Under the pieces are notes generated by a model. That model had not been told where the DNA came from. It saw only the letters and a program-made list of their open reading frames with translations, and made no database searches. The position numbers were made by a program, and so were the translations under genes. Of a stretch of DNA of 64,000 nt, positions 50,036 through 63,664 are shown one piece after another (the stretch's first letter is position 1; each line of letters starts with the position of its first letter). Origin of the DNA: Mobula hypostoma (taxonomy: Eukaryota); contig NC_086118.1 of assembly GCF_963921235.1 (NCBI RefSeq), forward strand, positions 15,316,001 through 15,380,000, given 5' to 3'.

Positions 50036-51285
50036 TTAAATAACCTCGAGGTTTAAGTTGGCACTATTGGCATTTAGGGAGAGAAATCTACTTTGCTTTG
50101 ACACTGGTCCCATAGCTATGGATTAGGTTCTAATCTAACCCAGGATAATAAGGACTCTAAAAAGAGATATAAATGATGTTGGGAATCACTGGAGGTAGGG
50201 TGTGGTGTACAGATCAGAGTTGTTATGTATTAAAATAAATCAAGCCAAAAATAGCAATTATGGTTGACGGCAAATAGATCATGACTTGTAGGGAAGTGGA
50301 TTATCAGTCACTGGCATTAATTAGAATTGTTTTAAACCCAAATGCAAAAAACAGTCAGAACAAAACACACAGTGATACAAAAGAGCCTAAATGGGTTTCC
50401 TCTAAAATCCATTTGCAGTTGTGGATACAAGAAGTTCAAAGTTAGGACTAAACATTTCAGGGTAACTTACATATAAAAAGCAGATGTTGAGGTGTAGTAT
50501 GGGGATGGTTAGGTAGGGGAGGGGACAGTGCCGGTGTTATCTGGAAGTTCTAGTGTCCTGAAGCAGATTCATGACCAAAAATGTGGGCAACTCCTTTCCA
50601 CTTACAGATGGTGCTTGACCAGTTGAATTCTTCCAGCAGTTTGTTCCTTGCCCATATTAATTTGGAGGACAGGGTAATATAATCAATTGCTCTGAGAATT
50701 GATTCACACTTGAAAATCAATGTGCCTTGAACATAAATGCTATCAGTCAACACCTGGCAGTCAATTAGGTAGTGTTGTCCAAACTGCTCGGTTTGTTCGA
50801 AACTCCAGAGTTATCAGCACTAGTGAAGAGACTTTTGTTTTCTCTCAAGAAACCATCAAGACTGCTTTGGCAAGAACAACCAGGAAATCCAGGAGCTAAT
50901 ATTTTGAATCTGAAGCACCATCATGTAAACTTACATGATCCAAGATCTCACTTAGATGGTAAACTTACATGGATCCAAGATCTCACTTCCCTCATGTGGC
51001 AGGAGGAGAATATAGCAGAAGACCCCAGAGATTCTAGAATCTTAAGTATCCACAAAAAAGATGACAATACTGATTACAGTAGTAACAAAGGAATCTCCCT
51101 GCTGCTTGACCACAGCAAAAAATGTCACAGAATTTTTCTGGAGATCCATCCTACCAATAGCTAACTACCTTATTCTTGTCAGAAAACCCAGATTCCAACC
51201 ACATACCAGTACAAAAGATATGATATCCACCACACAACAAATTCAGAAGAAAATGTGGTGAGCAATAACAGCCACAATACATTAT

Positions 51286-52270
51286 TGTCATGGTCCAGTC
51301 CATCAATCCTGATTCCAGGTTTTCCTGTTTTCTCCCTTGTTCTGTTAGATGCCTTAATTGAGGCACCTGATTCTCATTTTGAACTGGCACATAAATACCT
51401 CTCAAACCAAGGATTCCCTGCTGGATTGCTCCCTTCCCCTCCCCATTTGAATCCCTGGCAGTTTATCTCAACTGTTACTTTGGCACTAACCTTCTACTGT
51501 AATCTTTGTCTGTTACCTTCGCGTGCTACCTTGCCTGTATCGTCGCCTAGTTCAGCTGCCTGAGTGAGACTGGAGCCATGTCTTGTCAAGATAAGAAACT
51601 ATTTATCGTTGAGTTTGGAACTATCTCTTTGTGTCCCTGTGTTTTGTGTCCATGCTCAGAAGAGTCCTGGCCCTAGGTCCTGTTCCCTAGGAGGGGTCCT
51701 TACTCTGTGTAAAGCCCCAGGCCTAAGTGCTGCTCCGAAGGAAGGGTCCTGGCTCTGTGTTCTGTGTTCCTGAGTTCCAATTTCCAGGTGCCGTGTTCAA
51801 GTCTTGTCCAAGTCAGGGCTTTGTGTTCTCGCCCAGCCTGATGCTGGAGATTCCCTGTCCTGTGCTGCATCGTTCACATTTGAATCCTTGGCAGTTATCT
51901 GGGCAAATATCCTCAGCAGTCATCCCGGCCCGTGTTCAAGAAAGGGTCCCGGCCCTGCATCCTGTAAGGGTCCCGGTGGCTCCGAGCCCAAGTAGGAGTC
52001 CTGGCTCCGTACCCTAGAGCCTAACCCAGCCAAGTCCAAGAGCCAAGCCAAATCTAGTTCAAGAGGCACGTCCTGCACTGGAGATTCCTCGTCCTGCGCT
52101 GAGATTCCTCGTCCAGCCTGGTGCAGGAGTTCCCTCGTCCTGTCCAAGCCAAGACCAAGAACCTTGTCCTGTCCAAGTCAAGGTTTTGTGTTCTCGTTCA
52201 GTCCACCTGCCTCGTCCTGTGCAGGAGTTCCATGCCCAGTCCTGTAGCCACGTACTGTCCACGTCTATAC
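51286..52270 (+). mobile_element. LTR-like element related to 19484-20952, 3' end truncated by CR1
   Basis: starts TGTCATGGTCC; shared taattgaggca and cataaatacctc; internal gagattcctcgtcc repeats. Confidence 0.65.
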
Positions 52271-52274
52271 AGGA

Positions 52275-54560
52275 GAAATCCATATACACTACATCTACTG
52301 CTCTACCTTCATCAACGTGTTTAGTCACATCCTCAAAAAATTCAGTCAGGCTCATAAGGCCTGACCTGCCTTTGACAAAGCCATGCTGACTATTCCTAAT
52401 CATATTATGCCTCTCCAAATGTTCATAAATCCTGCCTCTCAGGATCTTTTCCATCAACTTACCAACCACTGAAGTAAGACTCACTGGTCTATAATTTCCT
52501 GGGCTATCTCTACACCCTTTCTTGAATAAGGGAACAACATCCGCAACCCTCCAATCCTCCAGAACCTCTCCCGTCCCCATTGATGATGCAAAGATCTTTG
52601 CCAGAGGCTCATCAATCTATTCCCTCGCCACGCACAGTAGCCTGGTGTGCATCTCATCCGGTCCCTTTGTTAGAAGGAATAAAGGCAAAGACTATTTTCT
52701 GAATGGGCAGTGGATTCAGAAATCAGAGGGGCAAAGGGACTTGCGAACTCGAGTGCTGGATCCCCTGGAATATACTTGCAGTATATTAACTTGCAATAGT
52801 AAGGAAGACAAATGCTATGTTAGCATTCATTTTGGGAAGTTTATAGGTTAAAAGCAAGGATGTAATGCTGAGGCTTTATAGTAGATTGGTCGGACCACAT
52901 TTGGTGTACTCTGAGCAGTTTGGGGTCTCATTTCAAAGAATGGATGTGCTGGCACGAGAGAGCACCCAGAGGATGCTTATGAGAATGATCCAGGAATGAA
53001 AGCATTAACATATGCAGACTGTTTGGTTGTCCTTGGCCTGAACTCACTGGAGTTTGGAAGGATGAGGTGGGGATCTCACTGAATGTTGAAAGGCTTCGAC
53101 AGAGTGGATATGGAGAAGATGTTTCCATTATTGGGGGAGTTTACAACTAGAGGGCACAGCCTCTGAATAGAAGGATGTCTCTTGAGAATGAGACGAGGAG
53201 GAATTTCTTCAGCCGGAGGACACCGAATCTATGGAATTCATTGGCAACTATGGAAGACAAGTCATGATCAGCCATGATGGAATGGTGGAGCAGACTCAAT
53301 GGGCTGAAAGGCTTAACTCTGCTCTTATATCTTGTGGTCTTATAAAGAGCCCAACAAATTTGGATCTACGTTCCAAAATTGGTAGATGTTGGTGCAGAAT
53401 GCTTGGATACTGTTATGGTACTCTTCAAAGACTCCAGATTCTGAAATATTCTCATTAGATTTGGAAGTTCTTAAATTAAATTTAAAGAAGAAGAGGGAAA
53501 ATTAAGATCTAAGTACCAGTTAAAGCAACACCAAATGTCAAGGAAATGCCAGAACTGGTTATTAAGAATGTGGAATAGGTTTCATGGAGTTGATGCAATG
53601 AATTAGCAGACATAGAGGATGGTTAAAGACCAGAAACTGGAACAGAAATGAACCAGAACTTTTCTGTTTACATTGTTGTTACCTTGGGTAGGGGTCAGTG
53701 GTGGACCTTATCTACAGAAATGGCTATCATGAAAGGTCAGAGAATTATTTAGCTATGTTTGCTGAAGATATTAAAGTTGATGGAGAAGAAGCCTGGAGCA
53801 GACTCAATGCAGAGTTTACAGAAGGATTTAGGAAGATGAGTGAGAAAGAAGATAACACATGGAAACTAATGTGGAAGATGAGGCATAATTCATTTTGAAT
53901 GACAAGAATAACAAAACAGATTTTTTGTTAAATCAATGAAAATCAGTAAACATTACTATTGCATGAGATCTGGAAAGCAAAACACAAACCACAGAAAAAA
54001 ATATGGGTACATCCAGCAGTCATGAGGGGAAATGGTATGTTGGCTTTTGCTGCCAGGATTTGGTGTACCAGAGGAAAGAACGTTTGCTGCAATTTTGAAC
54101 ACACCTGGAATAATGCCATATGTACCTAGAAGACAGAGATAAGCATTGAAGAGACTCAGTAGGATAGACCCATTTTATTGAAGGTCACAAGAATGGTCAT
54201 TGAAACATAATACACTCAGAGGATTTGCCATGCTAAATAATGAGAGACTGATTTTTCCTGTGTGTAAGGTCCATAGTTAAAGAGTACGTTTCAAGATAAG
54301 GGCTTGGCCAATTATGACTGAGGTGTAAAGAATTTTCTTTACTCAGATATTTGTGACTCCTTTCTTAGGCTCCACCTCAATGGGCAATACGTATTTTGTC
54401 ACTGAGTATTTAAAAGGGAGATATTGGTAGATTTTGGTGAGAAAGGAATATGGAAATTTGACAAGAAATGTGCCCCAGGGTAGAGTATTAGCCATGATAT
54501 AACTTTTCTCCAGAATAGACAGAGAAATCGATGGCCTCTTCATATTGCACTGCTAAGTGT
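52275..54560. mobile_element. CR1 fragments: minus 52275-52665, plus 52666-53343, older plus 53350-54560
   Basis: ORF 52059..52580 (PGNYRPVSLTSVVGK...VDVVYMDF); CR1 3' motifs. Confidence 0.75.
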
Positions 54561-54899
54561 TCTTTCATCAAACTACTTTGTCTGCTAACAACAGAAATGT
54601 AACAAGATGATGAAGTACCTATCATCAATCTAGCCACTGGATATATTGATATTAAAAGCAGATACTGATCAATCAGTTCTCCAAATATCTTCTCTCAAGC
54701 ATCTACCTAAATTGGGAGGGTAACTCGTAGCCGGTAAAATGGTGTTGAAAAGTCACAGCAGTTTGTGTGTTGCTCCAATAGGAATAATCAAACATTCCAA
54801 TTTAGGACTACTGCAACGGAGATCTACAGTCACAGCCATGGGTAGTTTAGTAACAGCACCATTTTAAGATGCTTAAAAAATATTGATATTCAAAATCAA

Positions 54900-57800
54900 C
54901 AAACCATGGAGAGCAAATTTTCTTTAAGAAAATGGAAGCAGGGACACCATAGCGGTCTATAGCTACAAACGAAACACAGAGGCCTTAGACTTCTGCTCCC
55001 AATGATCCTGTTGGTGAAAGTACAGCCTCTGAAAAATAAAGTTGAAGACCCCAGAGCAAGATTGTTGTATAAAAGCGACATCAGGGACTGCTGTATATTT
55101 TGCTTCATGGAAACATCGCTCTCCTCTGCCATTTTGAATGCAGTGCTGCAGCCCGTTTGCTTCACCATTCCCTTCAAAGACAGGACATCTCAATCTTTTA
55201 AAGGCAAAGGAAGTGGAGTAAGATTTATGATTAACTTATGATAGTGCAAAAACTTGGCTTATATCTCAGTCTGACATGGAACACCTAGCAGACAAGTGCG
55301 TGTCTACTACACCCAAGATGCCAAAAAGAGCAACCAGAGGGTTAGGTTCTAAATGGAAATTAAGAATATGAGATAGGGTTGAAAAAACTTCTCTCCAGAA
55401 TTTCTCTAGACTAGGACAGGCCCAGTACCTATGGATAAGAGAACCCTCACCCCCTTTACCTTATCACAAATGGGACTAATGTCAGGGGAAAACCACAACA
55501 ATTTAGTTTTCAACATATGAGCCCTGTGTATAACCTTAAACTGCAAGAGGCATTGGCGAACACACAAAGAGGTTGAGTTAACTGAGTTAAGAATTGAATC
55601 TAAACCGCATCAGATAGGGAGCTATTTAGATTGTTCCCAGGCATTTCTAATTTTATTGAAGGGGACACGCCTCAAAATCACTAACTTATCCCGAATAGCA
55701 GATATTAAACCTTTACCCAATGGATTGATACAAAGAAACAGGTCCAGAATGTTTTTCTCAGGCATCTAAGGAAAGTTTGATATTAAAGGGTTAATGAAAT
55801 GTCTAGTTTGAAGATAGGTAAAGAAATGAGTATTAGGTAGGTTAAACTTTACAGACAATTGTTGAAAATTTGCAAAATGATTATCTATAAAAAGATCTTC
55901 AAAGCACTTAATACCCTTCCTATACCAATCGTAAAATGTTGAATCATGCAAAGAAGGTAGGAAAAGATGACTGTGTAAAATAGTGCTGGAGAGAGAAAAA
56001 CCACGAAGACCATTACATTTTCTGAACTGAGCCCATATTCTCAGAGTATGTCTAATAAGAGGATTAATAATTAGTCTAGGGAAATGACAAGGAAATGCGG
56101 ATCCGAGAAGTGCAGAAATGGGAAGATCCTTAGTAGACTTCAACTCCATTGCCACCCATTTTGGGCAGTCAGACCGATTATGGAAGAAAGACCAAAAAAA
56201 ATAAGACAATGAATATTGGCTGCCCAATAATATAAACAAAAATTAGGCAAGGCCATACCACCTTCCTTTGGGTCTGACTAAACGTCAAACATTATCTTTT
56301 GCCTCTCTCTTGGCTAGACGGTTAATTCTTCTTAGGTGCAAAGATGCTGCCCCAGCCTCTCATGCTCAATGGCTGAGTGATATTATGTCCTGTTTAGACC
56401 TTGAAAAGATTTGTTATTCACTTCATAATTCTGACATAAAGTTTCATAAGGTGTGGGGACCTTTTATTGAATATTTTCATCACTCCTCTTTAGATTAAGT
56501 TTATCCTTTTTTTGTATGCGACCATCCCTGACACTCAGCTATTTTTATTCTGTAAGTTTTACGGTTTTTTGTGAATTACATTATAGTTTTGGTAGTCAGC
56601 ATTATATTTTCTTTTTTTCTTATATATATTCAGAGCTCTGTGGAGTTGAATGCTCCGATTAATTTTTTTTCTTTTAACACAGAAATGGTTGGCCTGGGTT
56701 TTTTTTCCAGTGGCAGGTTGGGGTGGATACTAATCTTGCATGATTTTATTTTGGGTGCTTTTTTTATTGTTATGAATTATGTATTGGACATGTTTGTTTT
56801 GCACTGTATAAATCTCCATTTTGTTCATGGTTTTTTTTTCTGTAGCTCTATTGTAGAAACTCATAAAAATTAATAAAAAATAACATCTAGCAGCCAAATG
56901 CCATCCATTTTATCTGCTGAGGGAGTTTTCCTGGGAGCTATGGTCCACCTCTGCTCAACATTAGTCAGGCACTAGAGAAGCAGAGTAATGTTATCAACAG
57001 CAATGAATCTGAACACACTGATGCCTTATCTATCATTGTGGGTAATTTCATCCAGGACAGCCTGAAGAAGTCTCTGAACAATTATCACCAACATATCACC
57101 TGTGGAGCCAGAGGAGGTAACAGATTAGACCACTGTTATACTACCATCAGGAATGCTTACCATGCCATCTCACACAAACTATTTCAAAAGACAGGACTGC
57201 TTTAAATTGGTGGACTCTACAATATTCATGGATTCATCTTCAAGTCTGAATGAGTGCACCACATTTACCATCAACCTCATTAGGACCTGTGTGAATGATT
57301 GTGTGTCTTCGAGAACATACCATACACAAACCAAAAACTGCAGATGAAGCAGGAAATTTGCAATTTGCTGAGGGCTAGATCTGTGGCATTCAAGACTGGT
57401 GGTGCAGAATGATACAGGAAGTAGACCACTTCTTTTTCCAGTCCCATACAGTGGCCCCTCCATAACAGACAGTGGTGCAACCTGTTTATTGTTTATTGAC
57501 CACAGGAGGAGGAAACTAGAGATCCTCACTGGTGGATCAGAAGTGGAGAGAGCCAGAAACCTTAAATTCCACAGCATTATCATTTGAAAGTATCTGTCCT
57601 GTAAGTGTCATTACTAAAGAAAGTACGGCAGCACCTCTACTTTCTTAGAAGTGTGTGAAGATTTGGCATATCATCGAAAACCTTGACAAACTTCCATAGA
57701 TGCGTGATGGAGAGTATCCTGACTGGTCGCATTATGGCCTGGCGTGGAAACACTATTTAAAGGTGGGAAAACAATCCCAACTGAGGTTAGGGAATCGGAT

Positions 57801-58355
57801 GTATGCCAACTTTGGCAGGTTTTGCAGGACATCACTTTCTACAAAGCAAAGCCTAACATTTATGAATGGCTGTGATGCTTCACTCCCAGATGAGCCCAAT
57901 GCCTTTTTTATGCATACTTTGAAAGGGAGAATAAAACTACACCCATGCAAATACCTGCAGCATCCGGCAACTCTGTGATCTCTGTCTTGGAGTCCAAAGT
58001 CAGAACATCTTTCAAGAGGGTTAACCCTTGCAAGGTGTCAAGCCCTGATGGTGTACCTAGTAGGGCTATGAAAACCTGGGCCAACCAACTGGTGGAAATG
58101 TTCCAAGGGCATCTTCAACCTCGCTGCTACATTCAGATGTTCCCACCTGCTTCAAAGGGACGACAGTTGTACCAGTGCCCAAACAGAGCAGAGTGATCTG
58201 CCTTAACGATTTTTGTCTAGTTGCACTCACATCTACAGTGATGAAGTGCTTTAAGAGGTTTGTTACGGCTAAAATCAACTCTCCTAAGCAAGAAGCTGGA
58301 CCTGCTGCAATTTGCTTATCGCCACAATAGGTTTAAAGCAGATGCATTCTCACAG
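54900..58355 (+). mobile_element. Decayed, rearranged Rex1/Babar LINE pieces flanking an L1 insertion
   Basis: VQPLKNKVED..CFMET endonuclease start; GNF and LDHCY; NDFCLVALTSTVMKCFKR. Confidence 0.75.
55300..56881. mobile_element. L1-clade LINE with a 5' inversion (minus 55300-~56267, plus ~56268-56881)
   Basis: minus part KEGGMALPN...PNPLVALFGILG; plus part TLSFASLLARR...KFHKVWGPF, T-rich 3'UTR and A-rich tail; 20-bp TSD 55280-55299 and 56882-56901 (17/20). Confidence 0.85.
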
Positions 58356-58854
58356 GATATATGCACCTAGAAGGCAAAGATAGGGAAACTGCACTTACAT
58401 GCGCAGTGAACGTAGCCAAACCTTTAGACCCAACCATATCTCAATAGTAAAGCTAAAGACATGATCATAAAGAATAGCAAAAGCATTTCAGTAGCTACAG
58501 CTTTGAGATCTATTCAGACCTGTGCACATCAAGCACAAGGGATCCAATCTTTATTTGCCAAATTCTGCTCAATTAGATTCCTACCAACCATCAGCAAAAT
58601 GCTGTGAAGTGCCATGGTCTGTTCTTTCCTGTCCGTAGATACTCAATCTGGATTTCACTGGGTCCACTTTGTACTGTACAATATTAATAAATATCTGCTG
58701 ACAAATTTAAAATTTGCATCAAAATTAAAACTTGTTAAATATTAGAGAAAGATATTCCTATAGTTTAAAAAATCTTTATCAATAAAACTGCTCAATGGAT
58801 CTCTGAATTGTAGACAGTTTGTCCCCATCAAGAAAGCACTACCAATTAAGCAGA

Positions 58855-59106
58855 CCTATTTTAGAGGTTCACTGAGAGAAGAATTTAAACATTGGGCTTA
58901 TCACGTGTCAGGTTTGTATGTTCAACTTGTATGGACACACAGGAATGATGAATAAATGAATGGTAAAGAATTCCAAATCAAATTACTGACTGTGCTTCTC
59001 TAATTATATTCTGATATTAGATTACCAGCTGATGAAATGATCAGGTGTTTGTATACTAAATATGGGAACTGAACCTGCTGTGCCGACAAAAAACGGTATA
59101 TATAAA
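58855..59106 (+). promoter_or_regulatory. Proximal promoter of MYH gene 2
   Basis: CTATTTTAG 58856-58864, CACGTG 58902 and TCAGGTTTG 58908, CAGCTG 59026, CAGGTG 59042, CArG-like CTAAATATGG 59056-59065, TATATATAAA 59097-59106. Confidence 0.75.
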
Positions 59107-59127
59107 TTGTGCAGAGAACAGAGAGAA

Positions 59128-59149
59128 CTGCTGGTGTCCAAACATCAGG
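59128..59149 (+). other. Probable non-coding exon 1 of MYH gene 2 (start approximate)
   Basis: about 25-30 nt after the TATA box; donor G|GTAAGT at 59150; sarcomeric MYH genes start with short UTR exons. Confidence 0.65.
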
Positions 59150-59378
59150 GTAAGTTTCTCACTAACTTCATCTAATTACAATATTTTTTCCTCTCTCCGA
59201 TGAAGTAATTGGCAGACAGATCTCATCAAGCTGTGTAACATATGGTATATTCTTCACAACAGAATAATCCAGGAAATTATCAATGAATACCCAACGACGT
59301 AAATGTAATCAGCATACTTAAATCAGAGAGAAAGAAAGAGAAGTGAATTTACCCACTGTTTTGATTTTCTTTTGGTAG

Positions 59379-59420
59379 AGTTGGCGTACAAGTAGAGAAT
59401 CTTACCGGGGACTGACAAAG
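59379..59420 (+). other. Probable non-coding exon 2 of MYH gene 2
   Basis: ttttgattttcttttggtag acceptor and AAG|GTAATA donor. Confidence 0.55.
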
Positions 59421-60349
59421 GTAATACGTTAAAATCAAGCAAGTGTGAACTCCTTTTGTTGAGCATAACGCGAATAAGCAAAGTTCAATTATATGTAGTT
59501 ATGTTTTGTTGAATTTGTTGTTTCACTTTCAAGCACAGAACGTCTAAGTTAGTGGTATGCTAAACACTTCAATCATTCTACCTGAGTTGTTAACCTAAGC
59601 CGCAAACGATGCAGCTGTTCTTATCCAGAAGTACTGTGTCGTAGATTAGTTTAATGAAATGTAAATGTTCACATACTTTATGCAACTGTGGCAGTTACTA
59701 ATACTTCCTACAATTCCCAAACCATATGTTTTAATATTAAATTAATAGAAAAAATATTGTCACTAGAATCATTTACTTACCACTCTGAACATTCCAAACA
59801 AATTAATAGTTCACGATAAAGAGGTGCAAACACAAAACTTTCGACTGGTTCCCTCATTTTATTATCCTTAAAGTAACTGTATCTATTATAGTATGAGTTA
59901 GAAAAGATTTCTTATGAATAATAGTTCAAGCTGAATGCACAGCCAAAAATTAGATATGGAGGCTTTTTAATAGTGAAGGTAGAAACTGTATTTCAATATG
60001 GTCTCAATCAGATCACAAAACGCGATTATTTCAGAGATCTAAATGCATTGAAGGGTAAAGGATACTTATTTAATACAATTCATTTAAATAAGATGTTCAT
60101 AGAATTGTTATAAATGGATTGTACTTTATCAATCACTACGATAGGGGACAAAAATAATCAAAAGAAATTTCAGAAACTGAGAAATAAAGGAGAAAAATTA
60201 ATGTTTCTCTCTAAATCATAGTTCAGTGTTATGCCGCATTTAAAAAAAGAACTAATTGTTTTCTACAAGCAATGAAAGCAGTATGCTGATATTATGCGAG
60301 ATTAAGTAATTTAAACGTTCCTTGTATATTCCAGCGATAGACCGAAGCC

Positions 60350-60553
60350 ATGGGGGACTCAGAAATGGCAGTGTTTGGTGAGGCAGCGCCGTATTTACGG
60401 AAGTCGGATAAAGAAAGACTCGAAGCGCAGAACCGACCGTTCGATGCTAAAACCGCCTGCTACGTCACCGAAAGCAAAGAATTGTATGTGAAGGCCACGG
60501 TCAAGAGCAAGGAGGGTGGCAAAACCACCGTGGAGACAGAAAAAGACAAGAGG
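60350..60553 (+). CDS. MYH: MYH gene 2 first coding exon, [34 protein letters not shown]...EKDKR
   Basis: Kozak GCCATGG; acceptor near 60334; donor gtcagt at 60554; 204 coding bp. Confidence 0.97.
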
Positions 60554-60726
60554 GTCAGTTAATGTTAAATTATACCGAAAACTCTTGTTGGCTTAAGATG
60601 GCTCAACTTTTCTTAAATACAACATGGTTGTCCGTGCCTTAAGACACGAGTAGAATTAGGCAGTTTTGCCCATCGAGTCTGTGCAGTTGCCATATTTATT
60701 TACATGTACCTGCTGATTCCTTTCAG

Positions 60727-60870
60727 ACCTTAACCGTTAAAGACGAAGATGTCCTGCCAATGAACCCTCCAAAATTCGATAAAATCGAAGACATGGCTAT
60801 GCTGACTCATCTGAATGAGGCATCCGTGTTGTTTAACCTCAAAGAGCGTTATGCAGCCTGGATGATCTAC
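60727..60870 (+). CDS. MYH: MYH gene 2 exon (144 bp), [48 protein letters not shown]
   Basis: cag/gtaagt boundaries. Confidence 0.97.
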
Positions 60871-61184
60871 GTAAGTAGAATATTGTTAGATGATCATAAT
60901 AACCCAGAGAAGGCAGTCATTCTGTGACACGGCCATCTAATTAGTTCTGTTCTCCATACTTTTTCCCAACTCCCTGCGATATTGTTCTTTACATTAGTGA
61001 ATCTTTTTTAAAAGTACAGTTGAATGTGATTTCTTCAACTTTCGAATAATGCATTCTGGATGCAAGTAAATCCCGGTGCAGAAAGTAATTTAATTAATCG
61101 ACTCTCGCCACCTCCAATAATTCCAGGTTATTTAGTAATCTAGCCTCCTGACAACTATTTAATCTTGACCTATTCTAACATGAC

Positions 61185-62674
61185 TTGGAAACACAAAATA
61201 ATCTGCAGATGCTGGGGTCAAAGCAACACTCACAACACGCTGGAGGAACTCAGCAGGTGGGGCAAGATCCGTGGAAAAGATCAGTCGACGTTTCGGGCCG
61301 GAACCCTTCGTCAGGACTGAAGAGGGAAGGGGCAGAGGCCCTATAAAGAAGGTGAGGGGAGGGTGGGAAGGAGAAGGCTGGTAGGTTCCAGTTGAAAAAC
61401 CAGTAATTTTACAGACAAAGGGGTGGGGGAGGGGAGGCAGGGAGGTGATAGGCAGGAAAGATGAAGAAAGAATAGGGGAAAACACAATGAAGCAGATGGA
61501 ACCATGAGGGGGGTGATAGGCAGCTGGGGGAGGGGGCAGAGTGACATAGGGATAGGGGAAGGGAGGGGGAGGGAATTACCGGAAGTTGGAGAATTCTATG
61601 TTCATACCAAGGGGTTGGAGACTATCTAGATGGCATATGAGGTGTTGCTCCTCCAACCTGAGATTAGCCTCATCATGGCGGTAGAGGAGGCCATGTATGG
61701 AGATATCCAAATGGGAATGTGAAGCAGAGTTGAAGTGGGTGGCTACCGGGAGATCCTGTCTGTTGTGGCGGACGGAGTGGAGGTGCTCGACGAAGCGGTC
61801 CCCCAATCTGCGTCGGGTTTCACCGATGTAGAGGAGGCCGCACCGGGAGCACCGGATGCAATAGATGACCCCAACAGATTCGCAAGTGAAGTGTTGCCTC
61901 ATCTGGAAGGACTGGTTGGGGCCCTGAATGGTGGCAAGAGAGGAGGTGTAGGGACAGGTGCAGCACTTACGCTTACATGTTTAAGTGCCGGGTGGGAGAT
62001 CCGTGGGGATGGACGTGTGGACCAGGGAGTCGCGGAGGGATCGATCCCTGCGGAAAGCGGAGAGGGTTGGAGAGGGAAAGATGTGCTTAGTGGTGGGGTC
62101 CTGCTGAAGGTGGCGGAAGTTGTGGAGGATAATGTGCTGGATCCGGAGGCTGGTGGGGTGGTAGGTGAGGACAAGGGGAACTCTGTCCCTGTTGTGGTGG
62201 CGGGAGGATGGGGTGAGAGCCGAAGTATGGGAAATGGAGGAGATGCGGATGAGGGCTTCATTGATGACAGCAGAAGGGAAACCACGATCCTTAAAGAAAG
62301 AGGACATTTGAGATATCCTGGAACGGAAAACCTCATCCTCGGAGCAGATGTGGCGGAGACGGAGGAACTGGGAATAGGGAATGGCATTTTTGCATGTGGC
62401 GGGGTGGGAAGAGGTATAGTCAAGGTAGTTATGAGAGTCAGTGGGCTTGCAGAAGATGTCAGTGGACAGTCTGTCTCCAGAGATGGAGACCGAGAGATCG
62501 AGAAAGGGGAGAGAAGTGTCCGAGATAGACCAAGTGAATTTGAGAGCTGAGTGGAAGTTAGAAGTAAAGTCGATGAAATTGACGAGCTCAGCATGAGCGC
62601 AGGAAGCAGCACCAATGTAGTCATCAATGTAACGCAGGAGAAGTTGGGGAGCAGTATCAGAATAGGTTTGGAGG
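61185..62674 (-). mobile_element. 5'-truncated Penelope-like element in an MYH intron (RT C-half, GIY-YIG, terminus)
   Basis: RYIDD in ORF 61981..62763, in frame across one TAA with GIY-YIG ORF 61576..61902; perfect TSD tctaacatgac 61174-61184 and 62675-62685. Confidence 0.93.
61281..61320 (-). ncRNA. Minimal type I hammerhead ribozyme motif
   Basis: UCAGUC CUGACGA A GGGU-UCCG-GCCC GAAA CGUC GACUGA: 6-bp stem I, core boxes, stem II, palindromic ACGU stem III. Confidence 0.8.
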
Positions 62675-63457
62675 TCTAACATGACGCGGTCTCTCCAATT
62701 TTTGGTCACATACATATTCATTGAAGTAAACTTACTTGCGCCCTCCGTTGAATGGAATTTCACAACAAACTACAATAGAGGATTTATGAAGCAAAAAAAA
62801 AACGCTGGAGGAACTAGACGAGTCAATTATCATTTGTCGGGAAAAGCCGACATTTCTGCATTCGGGCTTCGACTTGAAACATCGACTGTTCTTTTGCCTC
62901 CATAAGTTCCGATTGACATGTAGACCTCCAGCAGTATTTTTTTCGTTCAATTCCAAAAACTGCAGTTTGTTGGATCTCGTTATTTATAGCGTTACAGCAA
63001 ATACGACATTGTTCTTGCTTTATTTACGAAGCCAAGTACTGCATATATTTTGATTTTAGATAAATGCCTTTTTATCACATTTTCTAGAACATAGATGGGA
63101 AAGATTGAGTAGATCAAGTACATATTGGCTCCTAGAATAATCCCATTCCTAGTTATTTTACAGTTACATATTCTCCTCTCTAAACACATCAATCTTCTGC
63201 GATTCTCTGGACACCCAACTACACCAAGGGCCATTTACCTGGAAAATTGCCAACACATACTTGAGCTGTAGAATGAAACTGTAGTATTTGGTGAACTCCA
63301 TTAAGTCATGTGGAGAATTTTCAAACTCCAGAAACAGCATTCAGGATCATTATTGAACCCTGAGACTGGGACACAATAATGCCACCAGTTATGCCTGCTT
63401 CTCTGAGACAACGAAAAGCATTGTTCTTGCAAATTCTTTAAATTTAAGGAAAAATGA

Positions 63458-63664
<207 letters not shown>

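Noticed and set aside
7000..59000. A hidden MYH pseudogene or other host gene in the spacer
   Set aside because: No myosin-like or other host-protein exons recognised; the long ORFs are transposon-derived or repeat artefacts.
61735..62627. ORFs 61735..62550 (+) and 61899..62627 (-)
   Set aside because: Shadow frames of the Penelope RT.
62795..62965. Second hammerhead in this intron
   Set aside because: An old foldback remnant; the CUGANGA box is missing.
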